A stretch of DNA of 14,543 nt, from contig JADFSZ010000020.1 in NCBI GenBank assembly GCA_022560555.1, positions 1 to 14,543 on the forward strand, read 5' to 3'. Numbering within the stretch: position 1 is the first letter of the stretch; the number at the start of each line of letters is the position of its first letter. Below are positions 6,858 through 14,441 of this stretch, piece after piece. Under the pieces are notes generated by a model that saw nothing but the letters and a program-made list of their open reading frames with translations, was not told the origin of the DNA and ran no database searches. This DNA comes from PVC group bacterium (GTDB lineage: Bacteria > GCA-001730085 > JADFSZ01). Both the position numbers and the translations under genes were made by a program.

Positions 6858-8337
6858 CGTTCTCTTCCTTCATCTGCGACTCGATTCTTTTTATCCCGTT
6901 TTTATCAAGAACAAGACGCAAACGGCGATATTGATTTCTTTCCTTGGCGCAAAACCTTAAAACGATGTTGACATGATACACGCGCTTGCCGGGTATAACT
7001 TGATAGTCCTCGTCATTGAGAACATAAATGTCCGTCACAGGGTCATCCATATATTTAAGCAAATAAGCCACGTTAAATCGCATAATATCCGAGAGGCCGA
7101 AAACAGGGTATCCTTTTTTGGGGATTCTTTTAGAATACAAGCGAATAACTTTTTGGTAAGTTAAAATGTTTTCTCCGTTTGCTTCGTTATCCATCGACGT
7201 GATATGATCCATATTCCGAATACGCAAAATCTCGGCGGGAACATCCTTTCGCCTGACAAAACGAAACATTTCCGAACATACCCCGAGTCGTCCCCGCTTT
7301 TTCAGGTCATAGATAAACGTGCGGATATCATAGAAGCGAGTGATAAATTTATTCTGGATATAATTTCTCATAAAATCTTTCAAACGATCCTTAAACATAT
7401 ACCCGACAACAAGCGCGATAAAGAAAGGCAGGGTAAAATCACCGTATTTTTTCTGGAATAAAAACGCGATAACCGTCGCGACAATCATGGCACATCCCGC
7501 GGCAACGGCATACGCGGCTTCTTTGGCAATTTTAGGCTCTTTGATACTGCGAATCGTTAAAAACAAAATATTGGATATGTGCTTTTTTAAAACACTTCGT
7601 CGGAAGATAAGCTGCTCATTATCTCCGTTTACATCCGGGGCCAGCGGATAGCCGGAATCTTTCCGGTAGCTTATCTCAGAACGTAATAAATCCATAATGG
7701 GCCCTTTAACTTTCAAACAGTCGGATTTTTTTGTATTTTCAACCAGCCGGACTAATCGGTAGGAATACTCTTCCACAAGATAGCTGACATATTCGTCCGT
7801 GTATTGAAGCATCTGTTTCATATGCCGCGTACGCACAATACGTTTATCCAAGTCATGTTTCAGAAGACGCCATACATGCAATATTTTTTTAATTTGACGC
7901 GCATAATTTGCGGCCTCCTCTGTCTCAATTTCTTTATGCCTATCTCGAAGACCCTCAACATAATCTCTAAGCGTACTTTTCATGATACAACCGAACATTT
8001 TAATGTGATACTCCAAAGCATCCGTAAGATTGTCCTGCATTTCCAATTCCTGCCATTGACCCAAAATGAGCAGCGGGCTTGCGGATGAAGTCAGGATATC
8101 CCCCATCGTCATCTTTGGGGTTTTAAATCTGATATACCCGTGCACATCATTGATAAAATCGGTTTTCTTGTACGTGGCTTGGTTAATATTTAAATGATAG
8201 GGAATAAAAAAGAAGGCATCAACTTGATATGAAGTCACTTTTTCATGAGAATTGAGAGGGTAATCAATTTTAATCTCAAACTGATTTCGGTCATGAACCC
8301 GTATAGATGCATCCTTAAAAAACTCTTGCGCAATCAC
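6850..8337 (-). CDS. Hypothetical membrane protein (495 aa) with a central two-TM hairpin flanked by large soluble domains
   Basis: Long uninterrupted ORF with a GTG start at 8337..8335; there is no in-frame ATG for about 75 codons. The two hydrophobic helices are AAYAVAAGCAMIVATVIAFLF and FTLPFFIALVVGYMF (aa ~274-315, nt ~7393-7518). The ~270-aa N-terminal region looks helical. The ~175-aa basic C-terminal region looks beta-rich (VYHVNIVLRF, RLRLVLDKNG). I could find no Walker, HExxH, GxSxG or other catalytic motif. Confidence 0.75.
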   Translation of the reverse strand: MIAQEFFKDASIRVHDRNQFEIKIDYPLNSHEKVTSYQVDAFFFIPYHLNINQATYKKTDFINDVHGYIRFKTPKMTMGDILTSSASPLLILGQWQELEMQDNLTDALEYHIKMFGCIMKSTLRDYVEGLRDRHKEIETEEAANYARQIKKILHVWRLLKHDLDKRIVRTRHMKQMLQYTDEYVSYLVEEYSYRLVRLVENTKKSDCLKVKGPIMDLLRSEISYRKDSGYPLAPDVNGDNEQLIFRRSVLKKHISNILFLTIRSIKEPKIAKEAAYAVAAGCAMIVATVIAFLFQKKYGDFTLPFFIALVVGYMFKDRLKDFMRNYIQNKFITRFYDIRTFIYDLKKRGRLGVCSEMFRFVRRKDVPAEILRIRNMDHITSMDNEANGENILTYQKVIRLYSKRIPKKGYPVFGLSDIMRFNVAYLLKYMDDPVTDIYVLNDEDYQVIPGKRVYHVNIVLRFCAKERNQYRRLRLVLDKNGIKRIESQMKEENDD

Positions 8338-8372
8338 TTTTGATTATCCCGGTCTGCTTTAGTTAAACATAA

Positions 8373-8406
8373 ATTGCATTATATCACTGCAGGGTCATAA
8401 TGCAAT
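8373..8406. repeat. Perfect 10-bp inverted repeat with a 14-nt spacer
   Basis: attgcattat (8373-8382) and ataatgcaat (8397-8406) are exact reverse complements separated by atcactgcagggtc. One arm contains the -35 hexamer above and the other overlaps the -10 hexamer. Confidence 0.8.
8378..8405 (-). promoter_or_regulatory. Candidate sigma70-type promoter for the 495-aa gene
   Basis: The minus strand reads TTGCAT (8405..8400), a 16-nt spacer, then a consensus TATAAT (8383..8378), about 40 nt upstream of the GTG at 8337. It lies in the 90-bp gap after the GT-C-like gene. Confidence 0.45.
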
Positions 8407-8427
8407 GCCTTGGTGCAGCAGCAACGC

Positions 8428-10206
8428 CTATTTCCTTGTCGAATTGATTTTTTTCTCGATGGTATCCAAAAGTTTTTTTGCTTTTTCATACTCCGGTGCT
8501 AGAGCATGCGCTTTTTCAAAATATGATTTGGCAAGATTAACATCTTGATGATTGAGCCAATAAATCCCGAGGTTCACATAGGCCCCTACATAATACGGGT
8601 CCACCTTTAGGGCTCGTTCCCATAAAACTTTTGCCTCTTGCCCAGAACCATCTAAGGCCATCTCGACACCCTTTTCCGTCAGACTTCTCGCGCTCCAGCC
8701 CCAAAAGGGGGTCTGCCGTTTCCTAAGAATAATGTCCGGCGTAATGAATCCGAGTTCAACACATCTCGTAATGAGTGAATCCTTCCAATCCCAAAGCCGC
8801 TCGGGCTTCTTGTCAATGTCAACAGGACTGCTGTTCCATCTTCCGATTTCAAACGAGAAGGCCCCGACAGCCTGTACGGCAATGGAAAAAATAACACAGA
8901 AAATAAAAATATATTTTAAATATTTTTTCGCGAAAATATCATGGATGACAAAAACGAAAAAGAAGCATATCAACGGAAGTAAATCGGCAGAATATCTTAA
9001 GCCAAACGACCAACCGGCCCACCACGCATGAAAACGACTGTACCAGAGAAAGACAATCGCAAGCGCAACTATCAATATTCGATAAAACAAAACCCCCTTT
9101 TTCCAGGCCCGTACCATCCCCCACACGGAAAAAATCAGAAACGGTGTAAACAAAAAAACCCCCCGGCTCGGGCTTACGAATATCCCCAAAAGACCTTTCA
9201 GCATGTTTCCCGACATCACACTTTTTCCTCCCAAATTATATAGTGTAGCTGTCGCGCCCGTTTCGGACATGAGCTTTCGGTATCCGCCCAAAACTGAGTC
9301 AAAATAGATCATGTTATAGATCAAATAGGGCAAAACGGTTATCAAAAACGCGCCCAAAATCCAAAACGACTTTTTCTTATAATTCCACATGAGGTAAGGA
9401 AGCCATATCAAAGCAATCAAAAAATCATTCGGCCGAGACATCACAGCGCAGGCCAAAGCAACACCAACCCACGGCAATAAGCCGACTTTGCCGTCTTTAA
9501 CCTGAAGTGTTAACAAGAGGGATAAACATAAAAATAACGCGCTCGGTCCATGCTGCCAAGCGGCTTGAGAACTAATCGCCCATGTTAATGTCCCAAAGGC
9601 ATATATCAGAGCCAAAAACACAGCGTATCTAAGAGGGACGTAAAGAGTAAAGATATAAAACAAGAGAACGACCGAAACGGAAACCCAAAAACTTGCGCTA
9701 AATTTTGCCAGGAGATCCACCACGGGCCGATTGATGGGATCAAGCCCCTTCATAAGAGGAAGAATATAAAATGGCGTGTTGATGATGCCGGGGAATACCG
9801 GCGAACTTGAAACAACATGCCCCCGGCCTCTTTGGATAAAATAGGGCAGTTCTTTTTCTTCGGCATCCCAAAGAAAATCAAACTCATCTAAATCCAAATT
9901 AAATTCTTTCAAAATCGATATCGGAATATACCGATTAGGAACCGTATCGTTTCCGCTATACTCTCTGAGGTTGATATTATAAACAACAAGGCATAATAGA
10001 AATAAAATAAGTCCCCATTTTTTCCGGCAGCGTACGTTCGGACGGGGCAACCGGAAGGTGTCCGTACGCGATGGAACGCAAGCCTTACGATAGGCGTGAA
10101 CATCTTTATGAGAACAATTCAAAACTCTTGCCATTTGGCGAACGGACTTGTTCTGATAGTGGTCCTCAATATACTTTTTGTCTTGCTTATTTAATTCACG
10201 TGACAT
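8428..10206 (-). CDS. Polytopic membrane protein: N-terminal HTH-like segment, ~12-TM GT-C-fold-like (ArnT/PMT-type) core, and C-terminal TPR repeats
   Basis: 592-aa ORF with an ATG start at 10206. Residues 5-42 (LNKQDKKYIEDHYQNKSVRQMARVLNCSHKDVHAYRKA) follow the sigma70-region-4/LuxR-type HTH pattern. About 12 hydrophobic helices follow, with an acidic first loop (SGNDTVPNRY...DLDEFDFLWDAEEKE), as in GT-C enzymes. The C-terminus GQEAKVLWERALKVDPYYVGAYVNLGIYWLNHQDVNLAKSYFEKAHALAPEYEKA is a clear TPR. The GT-C assignment rests on architecture and the loop motif only. Confidence 0.75.
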   Translation of the reverse strand: MSRELNKQDKKYIEDHYQNKSVRQMARVLNCSHKDVHAYRKACVPSRTDTFRLPRPNVRCRKKWGLILFLLCLVVYNINLREYSGNDTVPNRYIPISILKEFNLDLDEFDFLWDAEEKELPYFIQRGRGHVVSSSPVFPGIINTPFYILPLMKGLDPINRPVVDLLAKFSASFWVSVSVVLLFYIFTLYVPLRYAVFLALIYAFGTLTWAISSQAAWQHGPSALFLCLSLLLTLQVKDGKVGLLPWVGVALACAVMSRPNDFLIALIWLPYLMWNYKKKSFWILGAFLITVLPYLIYNMIYFDSVLGGYRKLMSETGATATLYNLGGKSVMSGNMLKGLLGIFVSPSRGVFLFTPFLIFSVWGMVRAWKKGVLFYRILIVALAIVFLWYSRFHAWWAGWSFGLRYSADLLPLICFFFVFVIHDIFAKKYLKYIFIFCVIFSIAVQAVGAFSFEIGRWNSSPVDIDKKPERLWDWKDSLITRCVELGFITPDIILRKRQTPFWGWSARSLTEKGVEMALDGSGQEAKVLWERALKVDPYYVGAYVNLGIYWLNHQDVNLAKSYFEKAHALAPEYEKAKKLLDTIEKKINSTRK

Positions 10207-10234
10207 GGATCAACTCTTCACCCATAAGTTGGCA

Positions 10235-10780
10235 TTATCTATTTCTCTTCGGGAGACCTTTTTTCTTGAGGAATAATCTGTTTGAGTTATGATCGATAAA
10301 ACCGTCATATTTTGACAAAACATCCTCACCTAAGATACCGGCTACGCCCGGCCTTCTGTTTTGGAAAGGATCCGGAATAATCCAAATCCTAAATTTTCCC
10401 AGAAAAACATTCTCACCCAATACAAAATCATTAATGATCGCCCCCAGGCCTGTCGTCTGCCCGGAGATACCGGAAAAGACGGCCTTGCGTCCGGTCAGTA
10501 TCACATCATACTTTTCTTGCGCGCTGCTGGAAAGAACGGATGATGTTGCCCCTGTATCCAAAAGAAATTTTGTTTTATGCCCGTTAATCGACACATTTAA
10601 AAAAAAGGCGTTCCCATCTTTTTCGAGAGGAATTTCGACATAATCACGCGTCGAAATCCTTAAGCTTTGATGCCCGCCGAAACCAGCCTCAGCAGAATGA
10701 GAAAACAGCACACACTGAAACACAAAACAAAAGAGGACATCATAAATCAAAACACGACAATGGTTTGATTTGTTAAACAT
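10235..10780 (-). CDS. Secreted retropepsin-like (clan AA) aspartic protease
   Basis: 181-aa ORF with a hydrophobic N-terminus ending SHSAEA-G, which is signal-peptide-like. It has the catalytic motif FLLDTGATSSVLS (D-T-G-A) after VSINGHKTK, and the downstream GILGEDVLSKY...RLFL typical of bacterial single-domain retropepsins (gag-polyprotein-like aspartyl protease family). The start lies 2 nt after the upstream stop. Confidence 0.85.
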   Translation of the reverse strand: MFNKSNHCRVLIYDVLFCFVFQCVLFSHSAEAGFGGHQSLRISTRDYVEIPLEKDGNAFFLNVSINGHKTKFLLDTGATSSVLSSSAQEKYDVILTGRKAVFSGISGQTTGLGAIINDFVLGENVFLGKFRIWIIPDPFQNRRPGVAGILGEDVLSKYDGFIDHNSNRLFLKKKGLPKRNR

Positions 10781-10782
10781 AT

Positions 10783-12900
10783 CTAAATCCTTTCTCCGGT
10801 AAAAGGGTTGAATCGATAATGCGCAAACAGATACCAGATGGTCGGAGCTACCGCAAGTTTATCGTCGGATAAAGCCCACCCGCCGTAAGCCGGCGTCCCC
10901 GCGTTACTCGCTTGAGGCAGGGCCAAAGTTGAACGATAATTTTGACTTTCTGTTAACGCACTTTCTACTTCCTTCAAATAATACGCGCCTTCAGATTCGC
11001 GAGCCACAGAAAAATAAGCAAGAGCCATCTGCGCTGTGCCCTCAAACCAAACGGTATCCTTGTCAGGATAAGGACCGTCAGCATACGTCGCGCCAAAATC
11101 AAATCCATCCACCCAAACACCTTTCAAAGAATAATATTTCTGATTTCGGCTTTTCTTTACGGCAAAATCTAAGGTTTCATTATAATCGCTGCCAAGAACA
11201 AGAACGGCCCAACTTGAAACATCCGTTGCATAATTCAAATCATTCTCACCCAAATTAAACCGATTTTCATGCTCGTTCCAAGCCACATTTTTCAGCCATT
11301 GGTGAACTTTTGATGCCGCGTTTTCAAATCTTTTTTCATGTGTTAATGCAGCCAATCCCTTGAGAGCCGCATAACAATCCAAGTTATGTTCCGTACTCGT
11401 CCATGGCATTTTCTTCTTCCTTGTTTCATATCCTCCGGTAATACCACCGTTATCTTTTTGTAAACCACGGAGCCAATCGGCAATCTCTTGGGCAAGATTC
11501 ATATATTTTTTGTCCTGAGTCGCCCGGGTATAATACGTAATCGCCATAAGCAGCCACGCGTTCGGTCCGGCCGCTTTCTTTTGATCGGACCAACCGTTCG
11601 TTCGATAAAAATCGGAAAACCCGTTAAAACGCCCAAACTTCTCTATTTGCTCATCCAATGCATCGTAATAAAAATTCAATATCTGACGCGCCTTAGGTAA
11701 TTGCCCGGTCAAGACATATAGCATTCCCCCCAAAGCCTGATCATAAGTATAACAATCCACGCTCCCTTCATAATTCGCAATAAGAGGGTATGCTTCCTCC
11801 ATCCATGCGGCTCTTGACTGATGCTGCGCCATGATCCAGTCAAATGTTTTCTTTGCATAAAAATTTGATGGTTTTAAATCCTTTAGAACATCCGCATCCC
11901 TCCCTTCATTCCGCTGAGGCCACAAAGATACAAAATCGACTGCATGTATTTTGGATTTTGAGGCTACACTAGATTTGTCCAACACAAGCTCCCCTCCCTG
12001 TTTTAACCCAAGAACAATCTTCGTGTCGTTTTCACGAACAATATCTCCAACCAAGCGGTTGCCGTTAGACAGGATAATTTCATCAATCGTCTCTAGGGAG
12101 AGCTCCTCATGGGCACTATCCCCAAGCAAATCTTTTTTAAGACCGATCAGTTCAGTGTCGATTTGTGTCATGCGCGCCGCAAGTTCAATTTTTTCCTGAT
12201 GAATATATTCAATCGTTTTTTCTAACTCAAGCTCCTTTTCCTGAAAATACAAAATTTGAGCTTGAAGCAACTGAAACGAATCACTGTCACTCTCGCTCAA
12301 GCTCAGGGCCTCTTGCTCGGTTTTGTTAATGTGCTCTCTTAATTGCTCCAGCTCTTTTATTTGAATGGATGAGCTGTACTCTAAAGCAGCATAATTCTTT
12401 TCTACGGAACCTTTTTTCTGAATGAGAACGGATATCTCTCCTTCAAGACCCCGAATACGATCCTGATATTTACCTACATATATGGCTGACACAATGACAC
12501 TTAAAATAAAGAAAATAGAAACGGCCGCGAGTCCATATCGATACCAGCGACGTCTTTTGGCAAATTGCCATAAACGCCGGCTGTACTCAGGCCGTATGTT
12601 TTGATATTCGATACCCATTAAAAGAGCGTCTTTAGAGGACAGCCAACGGATGATCCCGCTCGCTTTAATCGTCCCCCGGCCATGATCATCAATTTCCAAA
12701 TTGACAGTTTGACCTATGCCGAAGTCCAAAGGGTCAAAAGCTTTCAGCTCAAGACAAAGGCCGGTTTTACTGATGTTTTGGGTAAATCCTTGGATAAAGA
12801 GGGATTCTTTTGTGGACTTTGACAAGGGAAAATAGAAAATGCCGACAGGGAAAACAGTATCCATTCGTACATACTGCCGCTTGTCCTCGGGCTTCATCAT
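10783..12900 (-). CDS. PilZ domain / TM helix / coiled coil / small beta segment / C-terminal (alpha/alpha)6-toroid glycosidase-like domain protein (705 aa)
   Basis: Both PilZ c-di-GMP motifs are present: RQYVR (RxxxR, aa 8-12) and NISKTG (D/NxSxxG, aa 42-47). The TM helix YGLAAVSIFFILSVIVSAIYVG (aa ~122-143) is preceded by KRRRWYR. Heptad-rich sequence spans aa ~145-260. The C-terminal ~360 aa has repeated helical-hairpin signatures (YDQALGGMLYVL, GPNAWLLMAITYY, WTSTEHNLDCYAALKGLA, ATDVSSWAVLVLG, FEGTAQMALAYF, VAPTIWYLFAHY) reminiscent of six-hairpin glycosidase, epimerase or lyase folds. Its ATG overlaps the cysS TGA as ATGA (12897-12900). Confidence 0.85.
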   Translation of the reverse strand: MMKPEDKRQYVRMDTVFPVGIFYFPLSKSTKESLFIQGFTQNISKTGLCLELKAFDPLDFGIGQTVNLEIDDHGRGTIKASGIIRWLSSKDALLMGIEYQNIRPEYSRRLWQFAKRRRWYRYGLAAVSIFFILSVIVSAIYVGKYQDRIRGLEGEISVLIQKKGSVEKNYAALEYSSSIQIKELEQLREHINKTEQEALSLSESDSDSFQLLQAQILYFQEKELELEKTIEYIHQEKIELAARMTQIDTELIGLKKDLLGDSAHEELSLETIDEIILSNGNRLVGDIVRENDTKIVLGLKQGGELVLDKSSVASKSKIHAVDFVSLWPQRNEGRDADVLKDLKPSNFYAKKTFDWIMAQHQSRAAWMEEAYPLIANYEGSVDCYTYDQALGGMLYVLTGQLPKARQILNFYYDALDEQIEKFGRFNGFSDFYRTNGWSDQKKAAGPNAWLLMAITYYTRATQDKKYMNLAQEIADWLRGLQKDNGGITGGYETRKKKMPWTSTEHNLDCYAALKGLAALTHEKRFENAASKVHQWLKNVAWNEHENRFNLGENDLNYATDVSSWAVLVLGSDYNETLDFAVKKSRNQKYYSLKGVWVDGFDFGATYADGPYPDKDTVWFEGTAQMALAYFSVARESEGAYYLKEVESALTESQNYRSTLALPQASNAGTPAYGGWALSDDKLAVAPTIWYLFAHYRFNPFTGERI

Positions 12901-14441
12901 AATTGCATACTTGAGATAAGCTCGCTCATTTTTTGATGTGAATTATCCGCTCGCTCCGAGTAAGACGCGACAGTATAATGTTTATCTTCGCCGACTCCCG
13001 GCTTTTTATCTTCGATATCCATATCCGGAAATAATTTTACAAGCTCGTCTCGGATGTCATCAGCCCGATTCCAGTTTTTATCGTCTTTCGCACGGAGACG
13101 CATTTCAAGAAGTTGTCGAATTCCCTCTTTGAGTGGATCCTGACACACAACATCACTTACCACAATAATGCGCCCCGATTGAAATATATTGAGAATTTTT
13201 GACGCTTCATTAAAAAACCCAAATCCCTGTTTTACAAGCAAATATGTGTTTTTAGTGACACTCTCTGCCAAAATTTGATTGAGATCACGAATCAAAGAGA
13301 ACAAAACCCCGATGGCTTTGGGTGTATTAAAATCATCATTCATGGCCGCGGAAAATTCCTCATGATATTTTTTAATCTCCCCAACACGATCGCGAACTTG
13401 TGAATCCATAGAACAGGTGCGCTCAAGATACACTTGCACGTTTTTACTAAATTCATACCCGCGCTTGATCTGCTCATGAATGCCTTCGATCTGCTCGAGA
13501 GAAAAATCGATCGGGCTCCTATAATGCGTGGCCATAATAAAGAATCTTATATCCTCTGGCGGGTATTTTTTAAATAGTTCTGTAAGGGAAAAATAATTTT
13601 TGAGCGATTTGGACATTTTCTTTTTTTCGACGTTGACAAAACCGTTGTGAAGCCAATATTTCGCAAAAAGTTTTTTTGAGCATCCTTCCGACTGAGCGAT
13701 CTCGTTTTCATGATGGGGAAAGGTCAGATCCATTCCGCCTCCATGGATATCAAACGAAACGCCCAGATAATGCGTGGCCATGGCCGAACATTCAATATGC
13801 CACGCGGGCCGGCCCGCTCCCCACGGGCTTTCCCATGAAGGCTCCTGGGGCTTTGCTTTCTTCCACAAGACAAAATCGAGAGGATCTCTCTTTTTCCTAT
13901 CTTTCTCAACACGCGCGCCAATCAAAAGGTCATCGAGATTCTTCTTGGATAATTTACCGTAGGCATGAAATGTTTTTACGGAAAAATACACGTCTCCGTC
14001 AACATCATAAGCCATCTCCTTGCGGATGAGATCCCCTATCATCTCTTGCATGTGTTGAATATGTTCCGTGGCTTTTGGATAATGATCCGCCCGGGCGACA
14101 CCTAAAGCATCCATTTGGGAAAAATAAAGATTTGTATATTTTTCAGTGATCGCTTTTGTGTGCTCAATAAGGGACATTTTTTTATTTTTTTCATGTTCTG
14201 TAACAGCCTTTTTAATAATTTTATCATCGATATCCGTAAAATTCTGGACATAAGTCACCTTGTAGCCAAGATGCCTTAAGTATCGACGCATCATGTCAAA
14301 GGTCACATAAACTCTGCCGTGACCTAAATGACACTCATCATAAACAGTAACACCACACACATACATCCGCACGTGATCAGATTCTATTGGCTCGAAAATC
14401 TCTTTTTTACGCGCCAACGTATTATAAACGTAGAGACTCAT
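12897..14441 (-). CDS. cysS: Cysteine--tRNA ligase (class I aaRS)
   Basis: 514-aa ORF with an ATG start at 14441. Motifs include the HIGH region MYVCGVTVYDECHLGHGR, the zinc/cysteine-binding region GRPAWHIECSAMA, HGGGMDLTFPHHENEIAQSE, and KMSKS (KKKMSKSLKNY). Confidence 0.95.
   Translation of the reverse strand: MSLYVYNTLARKKEIFEPIESDHVRMYVCGVTVYDECHLGHGRVYVTFDMMRRYLRHLGYKVTYVQNFTDIDDKIIKKAVTEHEKNKKMSLIEHTKAITEKYTNLYFSQMDALGVARADHYPKATEHIQHMQEMIGDLIRKEMAYDVDGDVYFSVKTFHAYGKLSKKNLDDLLIGARVEKDRKKRDPLDFVLWKKAKPQEPSWESPWGAGRPAWHIECSAMATHYLGVSFDIHGGGMDLTFPHHENEIAQSEGCSKKLFAKYWLHNGFVNVEKKKMSKSLKNYFSLTELFKKYPPEDIRFFIMATHYRSPIDFSLEQIEGIHEQIKRGYEFSKNVQVYLERTCSMDSQVRDRVGEIKKYHEEFSAAMNDDFNTPKAIGVLFSLIRDLNQILAESVTKNTYLLVKQGFGFFNEASKILNIFQSGRIIVVSDVVCQDPLKEGIRQLLEMRLRAKDDKNWNRADDIRDELVKLFPDMDIEDKKPGVGEDKHYTVASYSERADNSHQKMSELISSMQL

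Noticed and set aside
12897-13000. CysS is longer than typical (514 aa), with an apparent C-terminal tail of about 25-30 aa (…HYTVASYSERADNSHQKMSELISSMQL).
   Set aside because: Without an alignment I cannot tell a genuine extension from normal length variation in the C-terminal domain, and the tail has no recognisable motif.
13676-14029. Plus-strand ORFs in the supplied track (for example 13676-14029 at 117 aa, 10929-11258 at 109 aa, 1507-1806, 7804-8088, 8732-9031, 11951-12199), and short minus-strand alternative-frame ORFs (4466-4705, 8679-8897, 8939-9124, 9909-10103, 13724-13921).
   Set aside because: All lie entirely inside long minus-strand genes with strong family signatures. Their translations are low-complexity, rich in P, R and S, with no recognisable motifs. 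This is the expected behaviour of antisense or off-frame shadow ORFs.
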